A stretch of DNA of 64,000 bases, taken from Anthoceros angustus. Its lineage: Eukaryota > Plantae > Anthocerotophyta. The position numbers and the translations under genes are program-made. The notes under the pieces were generated by a model. It searched no databases. It was given only the letters and a program-made list of their open reading frames with translations, and had not been told where the DNA came from. Position 1 is the first letter of the stretch. Each line of letters opens with the position of its first letter. The stretch covers positions 310,001 through 374,000 of the forward strand of contig MU008150.1 of assembly GCA_010909165.1 (NCBI GenBank), in the 5' to 3' direction. Below are positions 61,903 through 64,000 of the stretch, piece by piece.

Positions 61903-62245
61903 AATGTTCTTCATATACCAACGAATCAGGGTCTAGGAGGAGGAACCTCCAACATTGTACTTCCTCTGGTTACGAATCATGGTGTAGAAGGAAAAACCAC
62001 CCACAGTGTACTTCATCTGGCTACGAGTTATGATCTACTAGGAGAATTATCCCAGAATGTACTTCATCTGGCTACGAATCATGGTCTAGAAGGAGAAACA
62101 TCCCACAATGTACTTCATCTGGCTATGAGTTATGGTCTACAAGGAGAAACATCCCAGAATGTACTTCATCTGGTTACGAATTATGGTGTACAAGGGGAAA
62201 CATCCCACAATGTACTTCATGTGGCTATGAATTATGGTCGGAAAT
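61903..62245 (+). repeat. 51-bp tandem repeat, about 7 copies, frame-preserving (17 aa NVLHLATNHGLEGETSH)
   Basis: aatgtacttcatctggctacg recurs every 51 bp (for example 62056, 62107, 62158, 62209); ORF 61897-62247 stays open. Confidence 0.92.
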
Positions 62246-62599
62246 GAGACACCATGCACACCTCCCATGCCATAAACTGTAGCGTGGATGCACAGAATTC
62301 GGTCATACATAGGCTTAGCCTCATGTGGAGCCAAATGGAGAAGCCTTACCTCCATGTTGTACCCACGGTGGCGCAAGAACGAAGCTGGCACGTGGGAGGG
62401 AGACCGGCGAGGCAAGGGCGAACCCTGCAATTTTACATGCCTTTCTCCGAAGGCCACAAATGTCTTGGTTGCGGTCCCCTCGTGACTCGATGTCGTCATG
62501 TTGCTGATGCACAAGAAGATTTCACGATGATGGACACAAAGGTTGTCCTGTCACCCACTTCTGACTACGGTTTAGTGTTGCCTCATCTCATGGCGTTTC

Positions 62600-63040
62600 C
62601 GTGCTAGTGCATCATGCAATGCTGCGTGCTATACGTCAGCGGTTTCGTTTCAGCGGTGGAAGATGCATTGGGGAGTGAGGAGAAATGACACAAATGGACC
62701 CTAAACCTATGCCTAATCCAACACACCGCACCAATGCATTTGCCCCTTGCACCATTGGTTGGGATAGTCCCGGTATGATGCAATGCCATGTATCGGACTC
62801 ATTTTCAAGACTGACATATCCATTTCTTTCCACGGCGAGGATTCAGAATCGTACAACCGCCACATTTTGGAGGTGCAGGAGGCATTGGGGAAGGACGAGG
62901 AATGACACAAATGGGCCCTAAACCCGTGCCTAGGCGAACACACCGCGCCATTGCATTTGCCCCTTGCACCATTGGTTGGGATAGTCCCGGTAAAATGCAA
63001 TGCCATGTATCGGACTCATTTTGCATACTGACATATCCAT
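62600..63040 (+). repeat. ~217 bp two-copy tandem repeat of the family seen at 1-60
   Basis: gaatgacacaaatgg..ccctaaacc..tgcatttgccccttgcaccattggttgggatagtcccggt..atgcaatgccatgtatcggactcatttt at about 62683 and 62900. Confidence 0.9.
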
Positions 63041-64000
63041 TTGTTTTCACAAATTCGCCTGTGCACGAAAGTGGACATCGTTATGCATGTCAGGCAGAGG
63101 GGTCACGAAATTGGCTGGCAAGGATAGCGTGGACCAGACGTTGAACACAAAGCAAATACATTGGGTTTATGCAAGGTTCCGCGCCCGGCTGCGATGTTGG
63201 AATGGAGTTCCCGCTTCTTGACGAATACACATATTGTATGTCTCACCTGAAAACCAAAATCTGACGCATAGAAGGGCATATTGCTGTGATGCATATACGC
63301 CATACGGAGAGGATGCAGGGTCGTGGAACCGACGTATTTGCAAAACGCAAGTACTTCATCTGCCTGCGAATGTTAGTCGCAATTCTACAAAGCCTTCAAG
63401 TTTCATTGCACAATGTGTCATGTGCATCTTGTATATAGGTAAGGAAGAGGGAATTGTTTCTGATGAATCACCCGCCTATACGACGATGGGGTGCTTCGCC
63501 CTTTTTTTTTTGTAACGTATGTTGTTTAGATATGTGCACGCTGCAAATAGCTATTTTCACGGACTAAAACCGAGGTGCCACGAGCCCTATTATGAAATGC
63601 CATATAATGAGATGATTGGACAGGGCAGCATGGACTACGTATTCGACAAAGAGCATAGAGACAGGTTGTCGAAGCAGAGAATAGTATAATGGCTTGAATA
63701 GTGTAATTGAACGGCAGTTTGCATATGACAGTGCATAACACATGCAAGATACGTGCGTTCTGCACTGTCATTTGCAAACTGACATTCAATTACACTATGG
63801 TGCACACGAAGAGCATGGGGAATAAGGTCGCCCACGAGACGTGGGAAACGCTTAGACTGATGTACCGATAGACCAATTTCCGTCCACTATTCTCCATTCG
63901 TGGGGACGTTGATACGGTGCACTGGTGAAAATAATGTGGTGTGAGGATGCACAGTTATATGGAGGGCCAGTAGGAGAGGCAAGTGTAGACAAAGTGTCCG

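Noticed and set aside
62400-62520. ILHAF..TNVLVAVP as a helicase C-terminal motif
   Set aside because: It needs a frameshift, has no other helicase motifs, and lies within a dispersed repeat block.

Overview
Eukaryotic nuclear DNA from a streptophyte, most likely a compact-intron non-seed land plant (bryophyte or lycophyte type; inferred from gene families and ~80-350 nt GT-AG introns, species not determinable). The intact spliced host genes are TOC34 (3547-5485, +), an AT-rich LEA_2/NDR1-HIN1-like gene (7298-8660, +), SHH2-like SAWADEE homeodomain (34282-35854, +), SNAPIN (35984-36401, -), two tandem calcineurin B-like genes (37022-38771 and 43758-45666, +) and a large coiled-coil gene (45879-50443, -). 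They lie among decayed mobile DNA: three CRE-clade RLE non-LTR retrotransposons, three Ty3/Gypsy pol remnants (one with a PHD-finger integrase), a PIF/Harbinger element, CMC/CACTA-like ends and several inverted-repeat pairs. The best leads are (1) TOC34 enclosed by a long inverted repeat whose inner part forms its 5' leader, which is Pack-transposon-like; (2) a divergent CBL with FPDF in place of the CIPK-phosphorylated FPSF motif and degenerate EF hands; (3) CRE elements sharing a 3' stem-loop, one abutting a telomere-like (CCCTTG)n array; (4) an orphan multi-exon gene. Caveat: several 0.07-1.6 kb tandem duplications differ mainly by small indels, and several frameshifts fall in homopolymers, so parts of the window look like unpolished long-read sequence. 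Coordinates and similarities were read by eye, and no RNA genes or CRISPR arrays were found.
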